From an uncultured bacterium (GTDB lineage Bacteria; Eisenbacteria; RBG-16-71-46), in assembly GCA_964359105.1 (NCBI GenBank), contig CAYHRW010000002.1:3627-39094 (forward strand): 35,468 nt of DNA. The letters run 5' to 3'. Under the pieces are notes generated by a model. It did no database searches. It saw only the letters and a program-made list of their open reading frames with translations, and was not told the origin of the DNA. Below are positions 1 through 9,846 of this stretch, one piece after another. The first letter of the stretch is position 1. Each line of letters starts with the position of its first letter. The translations under genes were made by a program, and so were the position numbers.

Positions 1-91
1 CGCCGCGGCGCTCGAGCAGGCCGCCGAGCCGCCCGGCGAGCCGTTCGCGCGTGCGCTGCAGCCCGTCGCGGAAGCGCGTCCAGAGTCGCAT
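1..91 (-). CDS. ftsY: Signal recognition particle receptor FtsY, N-terminal fragment (continues beyond window)
   Basis: Minus-strand ATG at 91..89 preceded by GAGGGTGAG. It translates MRLWTRFRDGLQRTRERLAGRLGGLLERRG, which resembles the conserved short-FtsY N-terminus (x-R-L/F-x-x-G-L-x-K/R-T-R-E-x-L). The smc-ftsY gene order is widely conserved. Confidence 0.55.
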   Translation of the reverse strand, partial: MRLWTRFRDGLQRTRERLAGRLGGLLERRG

Positions 92-167
92 CTCACCCTC
101 GCAAGCGAACTCCCGCCGCGCGTCGCGTGGCGGGAGCCGCGTTCCGGCCGTGTCCCGGGCCCGACGA

Positions 168-3100
168 CTACCGCGCCGCCGCTCCCGCCAGCTCGTGTCC
201 GTTGCGGCCGGGAGTCGCGTCCTGCCCGTCGAAGCACACCGACACCAGCTTCGACACGCCCAGCTCCTGCATGGTGACGCCGTAGAGGACGCGCGCCGCC
301 TCCATGGTCTTCTTGTTGTGCGTGATGACCACGAACTGCGTCTTCGCGCTGAAGCGCTCGAGCATGCGCAGGAAGCGCTCCACGTTCGCGTCGTCGAGCG
401 GCGCGTCCACCTCGTCGAGCAGGCAGAACGGCGAGGGCTTCACCAGGTAGATCGCGAACAGCAGCGCGATCGCGGTGAGCGCGCGCTCGCCGCCCGACAT
501 CAGGCTGATGCTCTGCAGGTGCTTGCCGCGCGGCTTCGCGGCGATCTCGATCTCGCACTCGAGCGGGTCCTCGCCCACCATGCGCAGCTCGGAGTCGCCG
601 CCGTCGAACAGCGTCCTGAAGATGTCGCGGAAGTGGATCTGGACCTGCTCGAAGGTCTCGCGGAACAGCTGGCTCGCCGTGACGTTGATCTTCTCGATCG
701 CCTCGAGCAGCTGCGCCCTGGCGCTGACGAGGTCCTCACGCTGCTTCGTGAGGAACTGCCAGCGCTCCCTCTTCTTCGTGTACTCCTCGACCGCCAGCAG
801 GTTCACCGGCCCCAGCGAGCGATAGCGCCCGCGCAGCTCCTCGAGCCGCCGCCGCGCCCCGTCGGGGTCCCAGCCCTCGGGCGCCGGCGCGGGCGTCCAG
901 CTCTCGACCTCCATCGCGTACTCGGTGCGCAGCCGCTCGAACGTGCGCTCGAGCTCCGCGTGGGTCTGCACCCGGTCGAGCTCGAGCTGGTGCATGAGCT
1001 CGCTCAGCTCGGTCTGCTGGAAGCGCAGCTGGCGCGCCTCGTCCTCGCCCGCCTGGACCTCCTCCTTGAGCGCGTGGAAGCGCTTCTGGAGGCCCACCAC
1101 CCGCTCGCGCTGGCCCGACTCGGACTCGAGCAGCCCGGTAAGCCCGGCGGAGAAGCCCGCGACCTCGGCCTCGATCCCGGCCACCTGGGCGCGGGCGTGG
1201 CGCTCCTCCTCGCCGCGCGCCTCGAGCCCGCCCTGGAGCTCGCGCCGCGTCTCTTCGGCGCGCGCCACCTCGGTGGCACATTCGCCCTCCTCGCGCGCCA
1301 GCTGGAGCAGCCGCTCGCGCGCCGCGTGCGCGCGGGCCGAGGCCTCGTCGCGCCGCGCTTCGAGCTGGCGCACCGCGCCGTCCAGGTCCGCGACCTGGAG
1401 CCGCGCGCGCTCGAGCTGCTGCTGGTATTCGGCGAGGTCGGCCCGGGCCTGGACCAGCGCCCGCGCCAGGGTCTCGAGCTCGGCCTCGAACGTGGCGGTC
1501 TCGCGCCCGCGGTCGGCGGCCTCGGCGCTGGCCCAGCGGCGCTCGCGCTCGCCCGAGTCGAGCTCGCGCGCCAGCGACTCGAGCTTCTCGCGGCGCGTGT
1601 CCAGCTCGGACGCCGCGGCGGCACGGGCCCCCAGCGCCTCATGGCGGCGCGCGTCGAGGCCCTCGCGCTCGCGCTCCAGCGCCTCGATCGCGAGCGCGCG
1701 CTCGGCATTCTGGCCCGCCAGCTCGCGGATCTCGGCCTCGCGGTGGAGCAGGCCGCTCAGGTTGCGTGTCGAGCCCGCGCGCACGCGGCCGCGCTCCCAC
1801 ACCTCGCCGTCCGCGCTCACGAAGCGCAGCCCGGCCTCCGACTGAGCGGCCAGCCGCGCCGCGGCCGCGCGGTCCTCGGCCACCACCACCGCCCCGAGCA
1901 GACGCTCGACCAGCGGGCGGAAGCGCTCCTCGCAGCGCACCAGGTCCGAGGCGCGGCCCACCACGCCCGACCCCGCCGGGACGTCGTGCAGCGGGCCCGC
2001 GGCGAGGCTCGCCAGGTCCACCAGCGTGGCGCGCCCGCTCTCGAGCGCGCGCAGCCGCTCGAGGCCGGCCTCCAGTGCTCCGCGGTCCTCGGCCAGCACG
2101 AACGCCGCCGCCTCGCCGAGCGAGGCTTCGAGCGCGTCCAGGTACTTCGCCGGCACCTCGACCACGTCCGAAACCATGCCAAGCAGTCCCGGCGTGCGAT
2201 CCTCGCCCCCGAGCAGGGCCTTCACGCCTTCCGAGACCCCCTCGAAGTTGCGCTTGAGCTCCAGCAGCGTGTTGAGCCGCGACTCGGCGGCCGCCGACTG
2301 CTGCTTGAGCCCCCCCAGCAGCGTCGCGGTCTCCGCGAGCTCGTGGTCGAGCGTCGCGATGCCCCGGTCGGCCTCCTCGAGCGCGGCGCGCGCCCGCGCC
2401 AGATCGCGCTCGAGCACGCCACGGCGCTCCGCGCCCGCCGCGGCGGCGCGCTCCAGCTCCGCGATCCGGCCCTCGAGCTCACTCTCACGCGCCCGCGCGG
2501 CGTCGCGCCGCTCGGCGAGCGAGGCCTGCCGCGAGAGGACGCGCTCGCAGGCCGAGCGCTTCTCGGTCTCGGCCGAGAACAGGTCGAGCGAGAGCTGCTG
2601 GTGGTCGGTCGCGACTTCGCGCCGCTGGCGCAGCTCGGACTCGACCGCGCCGAGCGCCTGCTCGGCGGCCTCGGCCTCATCCTGCGCGCGCTCGCGCGCA
2701 CCGCGCAGCTCCGCGCGCTTCGCCTGCGCCTCGCGCTCGCGCTCCGCCACCTCGGCGAGCCGTGAGCGCATCGCCGCGGCCTCGGCCGCCGCCTCGTCGG
2801 CGCGGCGCGTGAGCCCGGCCGCGCGCTCGCGCAGCAGCACCACCTGGTGCTCGGCCTGGGTACGGGCCTCCTCGCGGTCGCGCAGGCCTCCCTGCGCGGT
2901 CGCCAGCTCGCGCTCTAGCTCGAGCAGCGCGAGCTTGCGGTCGGCGAGTGAGGCTTCCAGCTTGTCGAGCTCGGCGGTGACGCCCTCGCGGCGCACCGCC
3001 TCCTCCTGCCACTGCTCCTTCGCCTCGGTCTCGCGGGCCTTCAGCGACTCGACGTGGCCGGCGGTGAGCTGCAGGTCGAGGTCGCGGATCTCGTCGCGCA

Positions 3101-3752
3101 GGCGCTGGTACTTGCGGGCCTTGCCGACCTGCCGCGCCAGCGAGCGCAGCTCGCGCTCGATCTCGAACACGATGTCGTTGAGGCGCGTGAGGTCCCCGTC
3201 GGTGGCGTCGAGCTTGTTGAGCGCCTCCTTCTTGCGCGCCTTGTACTTGGTGATGCCCGAGGCCTCCTCGAACAGGAAGCGGCGGTGCCCCGAGTTGTCC
3301 GAGAGCACGTTGTCCACCATCGCGCGCTCGATCACCGAGTAGGCGTGGCTGCCCATCCCGGTGTCGAAGAACAGGTCGCGGATGTCCTTGAGGCGGCACG
3401 GCGTCTTGTTGAGGAAGTACTCGCTCATCCCGGAGCGGAAGACGCGCCGCGAGATGGTGACCTCGGAGTACTCGGTCGGGAGGATGCCGCGGTCGTTCTT
3501 GAAGGTGAGATGGACCTCGGCCATCCCCAGCGGCTTGCGCGAGGGGCAGCCGTTGAAGATGATGTCCTCCATCGAGTCGCCGCGGAGCTGCTTGGCGCTC
3601 TGCTCGCCCATCACCCAGCGGATGGCGTCGGAGACGTTGGTCTTCCCGCAGCCGTTGGGCCCGATGACGCCGGTGACGCCGTCCCCGAACTGCAGCGCGG
3701 TCTTGTCCACGAACGACTTGAATCCCTGGAGTTCGAGCCTGTAGAGGAACAT
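168..3752 (-). CDS. smc: Chromosome partition protein SMC (1194 aa)
   Basis: ORF-track frame 168..4325 trimmed to the internal ATG at 3752..3750 (MFLYRLELQGFKSF...). Walker A GPNGCGKTN, long A/E/R/L coiled-coil arms with a central hinge, C-terminal signature LSGGERALTAIALL and Walker B FCLLDEVDAPLD. The 191 upstream codons are R/G/P-rich read-through overlapping selA. Confidence 0.95.
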   Translation of the reverse strand: MFLYRLELQGFKSFVDKTALQFGDGVTGVIGPNGCGKTNVSDAIRWVMGEQSAKQLRGDSMEDIIFNGCPSRKPLGMAEVHLTFKNDRGILPTEYSEVTISRRVFRSGMSEYFLNKTPCRLKDIRDLFFDTGMGSHAYSVIERAMVDNVLSDNSGHRRFLFEEASGITKYKARKKEALNKLDATDGDLTRLNDIVFEIERELRSLARQVGKARKYQRLRDEIRDLDLQLTAGHVESLKARETEAKEQWQEEAVRREGVTAELDKLEASLADRKLALLELERELATAQGGLRDREEARTQAEHQVVLLRERAAGLTRRADEAAAEAAAMRSRLAEVAEREREAQAKRAELRGARERAQDEAEAAEQALGAVESELRQRREVATDHQQLSLDLFSAETEKRSACERVLSRQASLAERRDAARARESELEGRIAELERAAAAGAERRGVLERDLARARAALEEADRGIATLDHELAETATLLGGLKQQSAAAESRLNTLLELKRNFEGVSEGVKALLGGEDRTPGLLGMVSDVVEVPAKYLDALEASLGEAAAFVLAEDRGALEAGLERLRALESGRATLVDLASLAAGPLHDVPAGSGVVGRASDLVRCEERFRPLVERLLGAVVVAEDRAAAARLAAQSEAGLRFVSADGEVWERGRVRAGSTRNLSGLLHREAEIRELAGQNAERALAIEALEREREGLDARRHEALGARAAAASELDTRREKLESLARELDSGERERRWASAEAADRGRETATFEAELETLARALVQARADLAEYQQQLERARLQVADLDGAVRQLEARRDEASARAHAARERLLQLAREEGECATEVARAEETRRELQGGLEARGEEERHARAQVAGIEAEVAGFSAGLTGLLESESGQRERVVGLQKRFHALKEEVQAGEDEARQLRFQQTELSELMHQLELDRVQTHAELERTFERLRTEYAMEVESWTPAPAPEGWDPDGARRRLEELRGRYRSLGPVNLLAVEEYTKKRERWQFLTKQREDLVSARAQLLEAIEKINVTASQLFRETFEQVQIHFRDIFRTLFDGGDSELRMVGEDPLECEIEIAAKPRGKHLQSISLMSGGERALTAIALLFAIYLVKPSPFCLLDEVDAPLDDANVERFLRMLERFSAKTQFVVITHNKKTMEAARVLYGVTMQELGVSKLVSVCFDGQDATPGRNGHELAGAAAR

Positions 3753-3754
3753 CC

Positions 3755-5182
3755 CTATTCCCCCTCCGCGGGTGCCGTCCCGCCTTGGTTCAGGGCGTTG
3801 CCGAGTGCCTCCGCGACCTCTTCCGCCTCCGCGTCCGTCAGGGTGCGAACGTCGAGCCTCAACCTGCCTCCCCGGATGTAGCCGATGACCGGCGGCGTGG
3901 CGCCGCGCGCCCGGGCCTCCAGCTCGTCCACCGTGAGCCCCGGGACCGCGATGGACACAACCCAGCCGGGAAGCCGCTGCAGGGGAAGCGACCCTCCCCC
4001 CACTTCTCCTTCGCCCCGCTCGATCGTCCAGCGCGCCCGCGGCGCCCGACCGCCGAGCGCCTCGCCCAGGCGGCGGGCGCGCCGCTCCAGGTCCCCGGGA
4101 ACGGAGTGCAGCATCGCCAGAACCGGCACCTCGCGGGACGCCCGCGCCGGGACCGCGTAGACGGGAAGCGTCGCCTCCAGCGCTGCCAGCGTGAGCTTGT
4201 CCACCCGCAGGGCGCGCGCCAGGGGGTCGCGCCGCAGGCGCTCCACCAGCCGTTTCCGGCCCAGGATCAGGCCGGCCTGCGTGGCACCGAGCAGCTTGTC
4301 GCCCGAGAAGGTAACGAGGTCGCAACCGGCGGTCAAACTATCTCTCACGGTCGGCTCGCGCTCGAGCCCGAAGTCCGAGAGGTCCACCAGCGCCCCGCTG
4401 CCGAGGTCCTCGAGCAGCAGCACGCGCCGGCGGCGCGCGAGCGCGGCCAGCTCCGGCGTGGCGGGCCGGGCGGTGAAACCGGCGATGCGGAAGTTGCTGG
4501 GATGGACGCGCAGGATGGCGGCGGCGTCCGGGTGGCGCTCGAGCGCGCGCTGGTAGTCGCCGAGGTGGGTGCGGTTGGTGGTCCCGACCTCGACCAGGCG
4601 GGCCCCGCTCTTCTCCATGATCTCGGGGATGCGGAACGAGCCGCCGATCTCGACCAGCTCGCCGCGTGAGACCACCACCGGGCGACCCGCGGCCAGCGCC
4701 GAGAGCGCCAGCAGCAGGGCGGCCGCGCCATTGTTCACGACCGCCGCGGCCTCGGCCCCGGTGAGGCGGGTGAGCCAGCGTTCCACCCCGACGCCGCGCT
4801 CGCCGCGGCGGCCGGTCGTGAGGTCGAACTCGAGCGTGGAGTAGCCGCGGGCCACCTCGTCCACGGCCCGCCGGGCGGCCTCCGAAAGCGGGGCGCGGCC
4901 CAGGTTGGTGTGGAGGACGATGCCGGTGGCATTGAGGACCCGGCGCAGGTGGGGACGCGCCTCGATCTCGGCGCGCCGCGCGGCGCGCCCGGCGAGCGCA
5001 TCCGGCCCGGCGGGCTCCTCGCCCGGCCGCTTCAGGCGCGCACGCTCGCGGGCCAGCTCCGCCCGCACCGCCTCGACCACGAGCAGGCGTGGGAGACGCG
5101 CCAGAGGCCCGGCCAGGGCGCGATGGCCGAGCACGGCTTCGACCGCGGGGACGGCGCGCAGCTGCTTCGAGCGGGGTGTCAC
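3755..5182 (-). CDS. selA: L-seryl-tRNA(Sec) selenium transferase (selenocysteine synthase)
   Basis: 475 aa with a GTG start at 5182. Motifs LNATGIVLHTNLGRAPL, VVNNGAAALLL, SRGELVEIGGSFRIPEIM and the PLP-lysine motif FSGDKLLGATQAG. The N-terminal LRAVPAVEAVL parallels E. coli SelA LPAIDRLL. The TAG stop at 3755 lies 2 nt from the smc ATG. Confidence 0.88.
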   Translation of the reverse strand: MTPRSKQLRAVPAVEAVLGHRALAGPLARLPRLLVVEAVRAELARERARLKRPGEEPAGPDALAGRAARRAEIEARPHLRRVLNATGIVLHTNLGRAPLSEAARRAVDEVARGYSTLEFDLTTGRRGERGVGVERWLTRLTGAEAAAVVNNGAAALLLALSALAAGRPVVVSRGELVEIGGSFRIPEIMEKSGARLVEVGTTNRTHLGDYQRALERHPDAAAILRVHPSNFRIAGFTARPATPELAALARRRRVLLLEDLGSGALVDLSDFGLEREPTVRDSLTAGCDLVTFSGDKLLGATQAGLILGRKRLVERLRRDPLARALRVDKLTLAALEATLPVYAVPARASREVPVLAMLHSVPGDLERRARRLGEALGGRAPRARWTIERGEGEVGGGSLPLQRLPGWVVSIAVPGLTVDELEARARGATPPVIGYIRGGRLRLDVRTLTDAEAEEVAEALGNALNQGGTAPAEGE

Positions 5183-5244
5183 GCCGGCAGTCTAGCCCGC
5201 CGGGGTCGGGAGAACCAGCCGCGCGCCGGGTTTCCGGGGAGGGC

Positions 5245-5343
5245 CTAGCGGCCCTTTTCCCGCCGCTTCGCCGACCGCCGCGACCACCACAGGATGCCGA
5301 GCACGACGACCACCGCCACGAGAATCCACGACATCGGGGTCAT
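5245..5343 (-). CDS. Hypothetical 32-aa single-pass membrane micro-protein at the distal end of the Tad operon
   Basis: Not in the ORF track; found by hand. ATG at 5343..5341, TAG at 5247..5245. Product MTPMSWILVAVVVVLGILWWSRRSAKRREKGR has one hydrophobic helix and a basic tail. GAGGTGATC (complementary to the 16S 3' end) lies upstream of the ATG. 29 of the 31 non-start sense codons (the 2 Met and 3 Trp codons counted as they stand) end in G/C, as in real genes here. It starts 31 nt after the tadC stop. Confidence 0.45.
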   Translation of the reverse strand: MTPMSWILVAVVVVLGILWWSRRSAKRREKGR

Positions 5344-5374
5344 GTCTTCGATCACCTCGCTTTCGAGTGCGAGC

Positions 5375-6295
5375 CTATCCGGACGCCGCGAGCGCCGTGA
5401 GGAGTTGTACCACGGCGGGCCCGAGCAGCACCAGCATCAGCGCCGGGAAGATGAGCAGTACCAGCGGGAACGCCAGCTTGACCGAGGCCTTGCGCGCCAG
5501 CTGCTCGGCGCGCTGGCGGCGGCGCACGCGCATCGAGTCGGCGTGCGAGCGCAGCGCCTGCGCCACGCTGGTCCCGAGCCGGTCGGTCTGGATGAGCATG
5601 GCGACCAGCGAGTAGATCTCGTCCACCCCGGTGCGCTCGGCGAGATTGCGCAGGGCGTCGGTGCGCGACATGCCGGTCTGCATCTCCTGGTTCACGAGCG
5701 CCAGCTCCGCGGCGAGCTCGGGGCTGGCGAGCCGCATCTCGACCGCGACGCGCTGGAGCGCGGCGGCGACGCCGAGCCCGGCCTCGACGCAGATCACCAT
5801 GAGGTCGAGCGCGTCCGGCAGCGCGCCGAGCACCGCGTCGTGGCGCCGGTTCTGGCGCATGCCGATGAAGATGGTGGGCAGGTAGAAGCCGAGCACGGCA
5901 AGCACCAGCGCGAGGCCGAACACGTTGCCGAGCGGGCGCGCGGTCAGGTAGCCGATCGCGATCCACCCCAGCGGGAGCGCCGCGGCCAGCACCACCTTGG
6001 AACCCAGGAACAGGCCGATCGCCTCGGGCCGGCGGAAGCCCGCCCGCACCAGCCCGGTGCGGAGCGCGTTGCGCCCGTCCTGCGCGGGCAGGAAGCCGCC
6101 GAGCTGGGCGATGAGCTTGACCAGGAACGGCGGCCGGTCGCCGTACGAAGTGCCCCCGGCGCGCAGGGCGCGCAGCTCGCGCAGGCGCACGGTGACCGGG
6201 TTGCGGGCCGTGGTCGCGTCCACGTACATGGCCCAGGCGCCGAGCACGATCGCGACGAAGATCAGGACCGAAGAGACGAGAAGGGTCATGGTCAC
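5375..6295 (-). CDS. tadC: Flp pilus assembly inner-membrane platform protein TadC (GspF/T2SSF family)
   Basis: 306 aa with an N-terminal TM, a cytoplasmic T2SSF-like domain (ALPDALDLMVICVEAGLGVAAAL...) and C-terminal TMs; second platform gene after tadA. The GTG start at 6295 overlaps the tadB stop (GTGA). An ATG at 6289 is an alternative start. Confidence 0.85.
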   Translation of the reverse strand: MTMTLLVSSVLIFVAIVLGAWAMYVDATTARNPVTVRLRELRALRAGGTSYGDRPPFLVKLIAQLGGFLPAQDGRNALRTGLVRAGFRRPEAIGLFLGSKVVLAAALPLGWIAIGYLTARPLGNVFGLALVLAVLGFYLPTIFIGMRQNRRHDAVLGALPDALDLMVICVEAGLGVAAALQRVAVEMRLASPELAAELALVNQEMQTGMSRTDALRNLAERTGVDEIYSLVAMLIQTDRLGTSVAQALRSHADSMRVRRRQRAEQLARKASVKLAFPLVLLIFPALMLVLLGPAVVQLLTALAASG

Positions 6296-7241
6296 ACCCT
6301 GATGTTGACGATGCGGCGGATCACGAGCATGCCGATCACCTGCATGCCACCGGCGACGATCAGCGCGAGCCGTCCGTTCGGAGTCTCGATCATCGGGCGG
6401 AAGTAGTCCGGGTTGATGGCCCAGGTGTAGAGCGCCATGCCCAGCGGCAGCAGCACGAGGATCCCGCCGGTCAGCCGCCCGTGCGCCGTGAAGGTCTGGA
6501 TGTCGCCGAGCACGCGGAAACGGTCGCGGATGAGCCGCGCCGTGCTCTCGAGGATCTCGGCCAGGTTACCGCCGGTGTCACGCTGGAGCACCACGGCGGT
6601 CACGAAGAACCGGAGGTCGAGCGAGTCCACGCGCTTCGTGAGGTTCACCAGCGCCTCGCGGAAGTCCAGGCCCAGCGACTGCTCCTCGACCGTGATGGCG
6701 AACTCGCTGCGGACCGGCTCGGGCGACTCCTCCGAGACGATCTGCATCGCGGCCGAGAACGAGAGTCCCGCGCGCAGGCCGCTCACCAGCAGGTCGAGCG
6801 CGTCGGGGAACTCCTTCGCGAATGCCCGCATGCGCTGCGACTTGCGATAGAGCGCGTAGAGATAGGGCGCCGGCCCCAGCAGCGCCAGGAACAGCAGCCC
6901 GGGCGCCACCCGATGGAGGGTCGCCACGCCGCCGATGTAGCCGGCCAGCGCGAAGACGGCCGTGAGCAGCACCAGCGCGCCCGCGCGGATGCGCATGCCG
7001 CCCTGGTAGAGCAGCAGCTCGAGGTGCTCGCCCAGGTTGAGCGCGCGCAGCAGCCGGTCGAGCCAGGGCACCGCGCTGTAGCGGACGTCGCGCTCGACCT
7101 CGATTCCCAGCGGCGCCGGCCCCGCGCTCGCGCCGCGCAGCCGCTGCTGGAGCAGGCGGCCACCCGCGCCACCGCGGTGGACGACCACCCCGGCGAGGCC
7201 CAGCGCCACCGCCACGAACACGAGGATGCTGAAGGCCAGGA

Positions 7242-7245
<4 letters not shown>
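6292..7245 (-). CDS. tadB: Flp pilus assembly inner-membrane platform protein TadB (GspF/T2SSF family)
   Basis: ORF-track frame 6292..9582 trimmed to the ATG at 7245..7243 ([16 protein letters not shown]...), 317 aa. T2SSF-type core [26 protein letters not shown] overlap with the tadA stop. The rest of the 1096-aa frame is R/P/G-rich read-through across tadA and tadZ. Confidence 0.85.
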
Positions 7246-8615
<1,370 letters not shown>

Positions 8616-8621
8616 GATGAC

Positions 8622-9830
8622 TTACCCCCTTCCGAACAGGCGCAGGCGCCCGGGTCGTTTCGTGGGCGCCGCCCCCTCGACAGCGGCCCCGTTCGAGGAC
8701 TCGACCGGCACCAGCTGGCGGGCGAGCGCGGCCAGGTCGCGACCGGCGCGTCCTTCGGGAATCGAGCCGCCGCACAGCGGGCGGCCCGTGTTGATGGCCT
8801 GGCTGACGGCGGCGTAGTCGTTGGAGACCGTCGCGAACACCGGCACGCCCAGCGTCTCCTCGAGCTGGACCGCCGTGATCGCGCTCGAGTCGCTGCGCCG
8901 GTTCATGAGCAGGCGCACGCGGTCCGGGAGCGCGAGGTAGTTGAGCTTCTGGAACAGATCGAGCGAGCGCCGCGCCGCGCGGACCGATGGCACACTCGGC
9001 TCGGCCACCAGCAGCACGCTGCTCGAGCGGTCGAAGACCTCGAGCGAGATCTCGTTGAACACGTGCGGCGCGTCGATGACGACGATCTCGAAGGTCGAGC
9101 CCAGGATCTCGAGCACGGTGCCCACCTGGAGGCCCGTGAGCCCGTCCACGCGGTCGAGATGCTCGGGCTGGGCGAGGACGAAGAGCCCGCTCTCGTGCTT
9201 GGTGAGCGCGTCCTGGACGCTCGCCGAGTCGATGCGCGGCGCGGCGATGACGTCCCCCAGCGAGTGCCGGGGGCTCAGGCCGAGCAGGAACGCCACGTCG
9301 CCGGACTGGTAGTCGAAGTCCACCAGCGCCACCTCGCGCCCGCTGGCCCGCAGGCTCAGCGCCAGGTTCGTCGCGATGGTGCTGACGCCCTGCCCGCCCT
9401 TGTTCGAGAACACCGTGAACACGTGGCGCCGGGCGCCGCCGCCCTGCTTGCGCGCGGTGAGCGCCGAGACGCGCTCCACCGCCTGGCTCAGGGCGCCGCG
9501 GTCGAGCGGGCGGCGCAGGACCTCGGTCGCGCCCGCGCGCATCGCGCGCAGCAGGAAGTCCGGGTCGAACACGTCGGTGCACAGGAAGATCGCGACGTCC
9601 GGGTGGTCGAGCTTGTACTGCCCCGCGGCGGTCAGCGTGTCGTCCACCGGCGCCGCCAGCTCGAGCACCAGGATCGCGGGTCGCACCTGGTGGGCCAGCG
9701 CGATCCCGGCGCGCAGGTCGGAGCGCTCGCCCGTGACCTGGACGCCGGGCAGCGCCTCGAAGGCGGCCTTGAGGCCGGTGCGCTCGCGCTCGCTGCGGTG
9801 GACCAGGACGACCGACAATCCGTTGTTCAT
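8622..9830 (-). CDS. tadZ: Tad pilus localisation/assembly protein TadZ/CpaE (receiver-like domain + ParA/MinD-like ATPase fold)
   Basis: 402 aa with an ATG start. The N-terminal about 120 aa have a CheY-like pattern but carry Glu where the phospho-Asp should be (ILVLELAAP). The C-terminal MinD/ParA-like domain has the P-loop FSNKGGQGVSTIATNLA. Located between tadG-like and tadA. Confidence 0.8.
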   Translation of the reverse strand: MNNGLSVVLVHRSERERTGLKAAFEALPGVQVTGERSDLRAGIALAHQVRPAILVLELAAPVDDTLTAAGQYKLDHPDVAIFLCTDVFDPDFLLRAMRAGATEVLRRPLDRGALSQAVERVSALTARKQGGGARRHVFTVFSNKGGQGVSTIATNLALSLRASGREVALVDFDYQSGDVAFLLGLSPRHSLGDVIAAPRIDSASVQDALTKHESGLFVLAQPEHLDRVDGLTGLQVGTVLEILGSTFEIVVIDAPHVFNEISLEVFDRSSSVLLVAEPSVPSVRAARRSLDLFQKLNYLALPDRVRLLMNRRSDSSAITAVQLEETLGVPVFATVSNDYAAVSQAINTGRPLCGGSIPEGRAGRDLAALARQLVPVESSNGAAVEGAAPTKRPGRLRLFGRG

Positions 9831-9846
9831 GGGGCTCCCTGTCGTG

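Noticed and set aside
51-2765. 904-aa plus-strand ORF antisense to smc. Similar giant shadow ORFs: 7353..9854 (+), 9376..13392 (+), 14651..16699 (-), 17385..19811 (-), 22568..24913 (+), 33092..35152 (+).
   Set aside because: All are R/A/G/P/L-rich low-complexity translations with no recognisable motifs. Each lies exactly opposite a gene with clear family signatures. Long stop-free antisense frames are expected at this GC content.
3753-4325. N-terminal 191-codon extension of the smc frame. Analogous long extensions occur in frames 6292..9582, 14117..16639, 15574..17568, 17004..20069, 20792..22564, 23618..25009 and 24991..28161.
   Set aside because: The extensions overlap well-supported neighbouring genes and are Arg/Gly/Pro-rich. 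Internal starts give canonical N-termini, signal peptides or 4-nt coupling overlaps, so the frames were trimmed.
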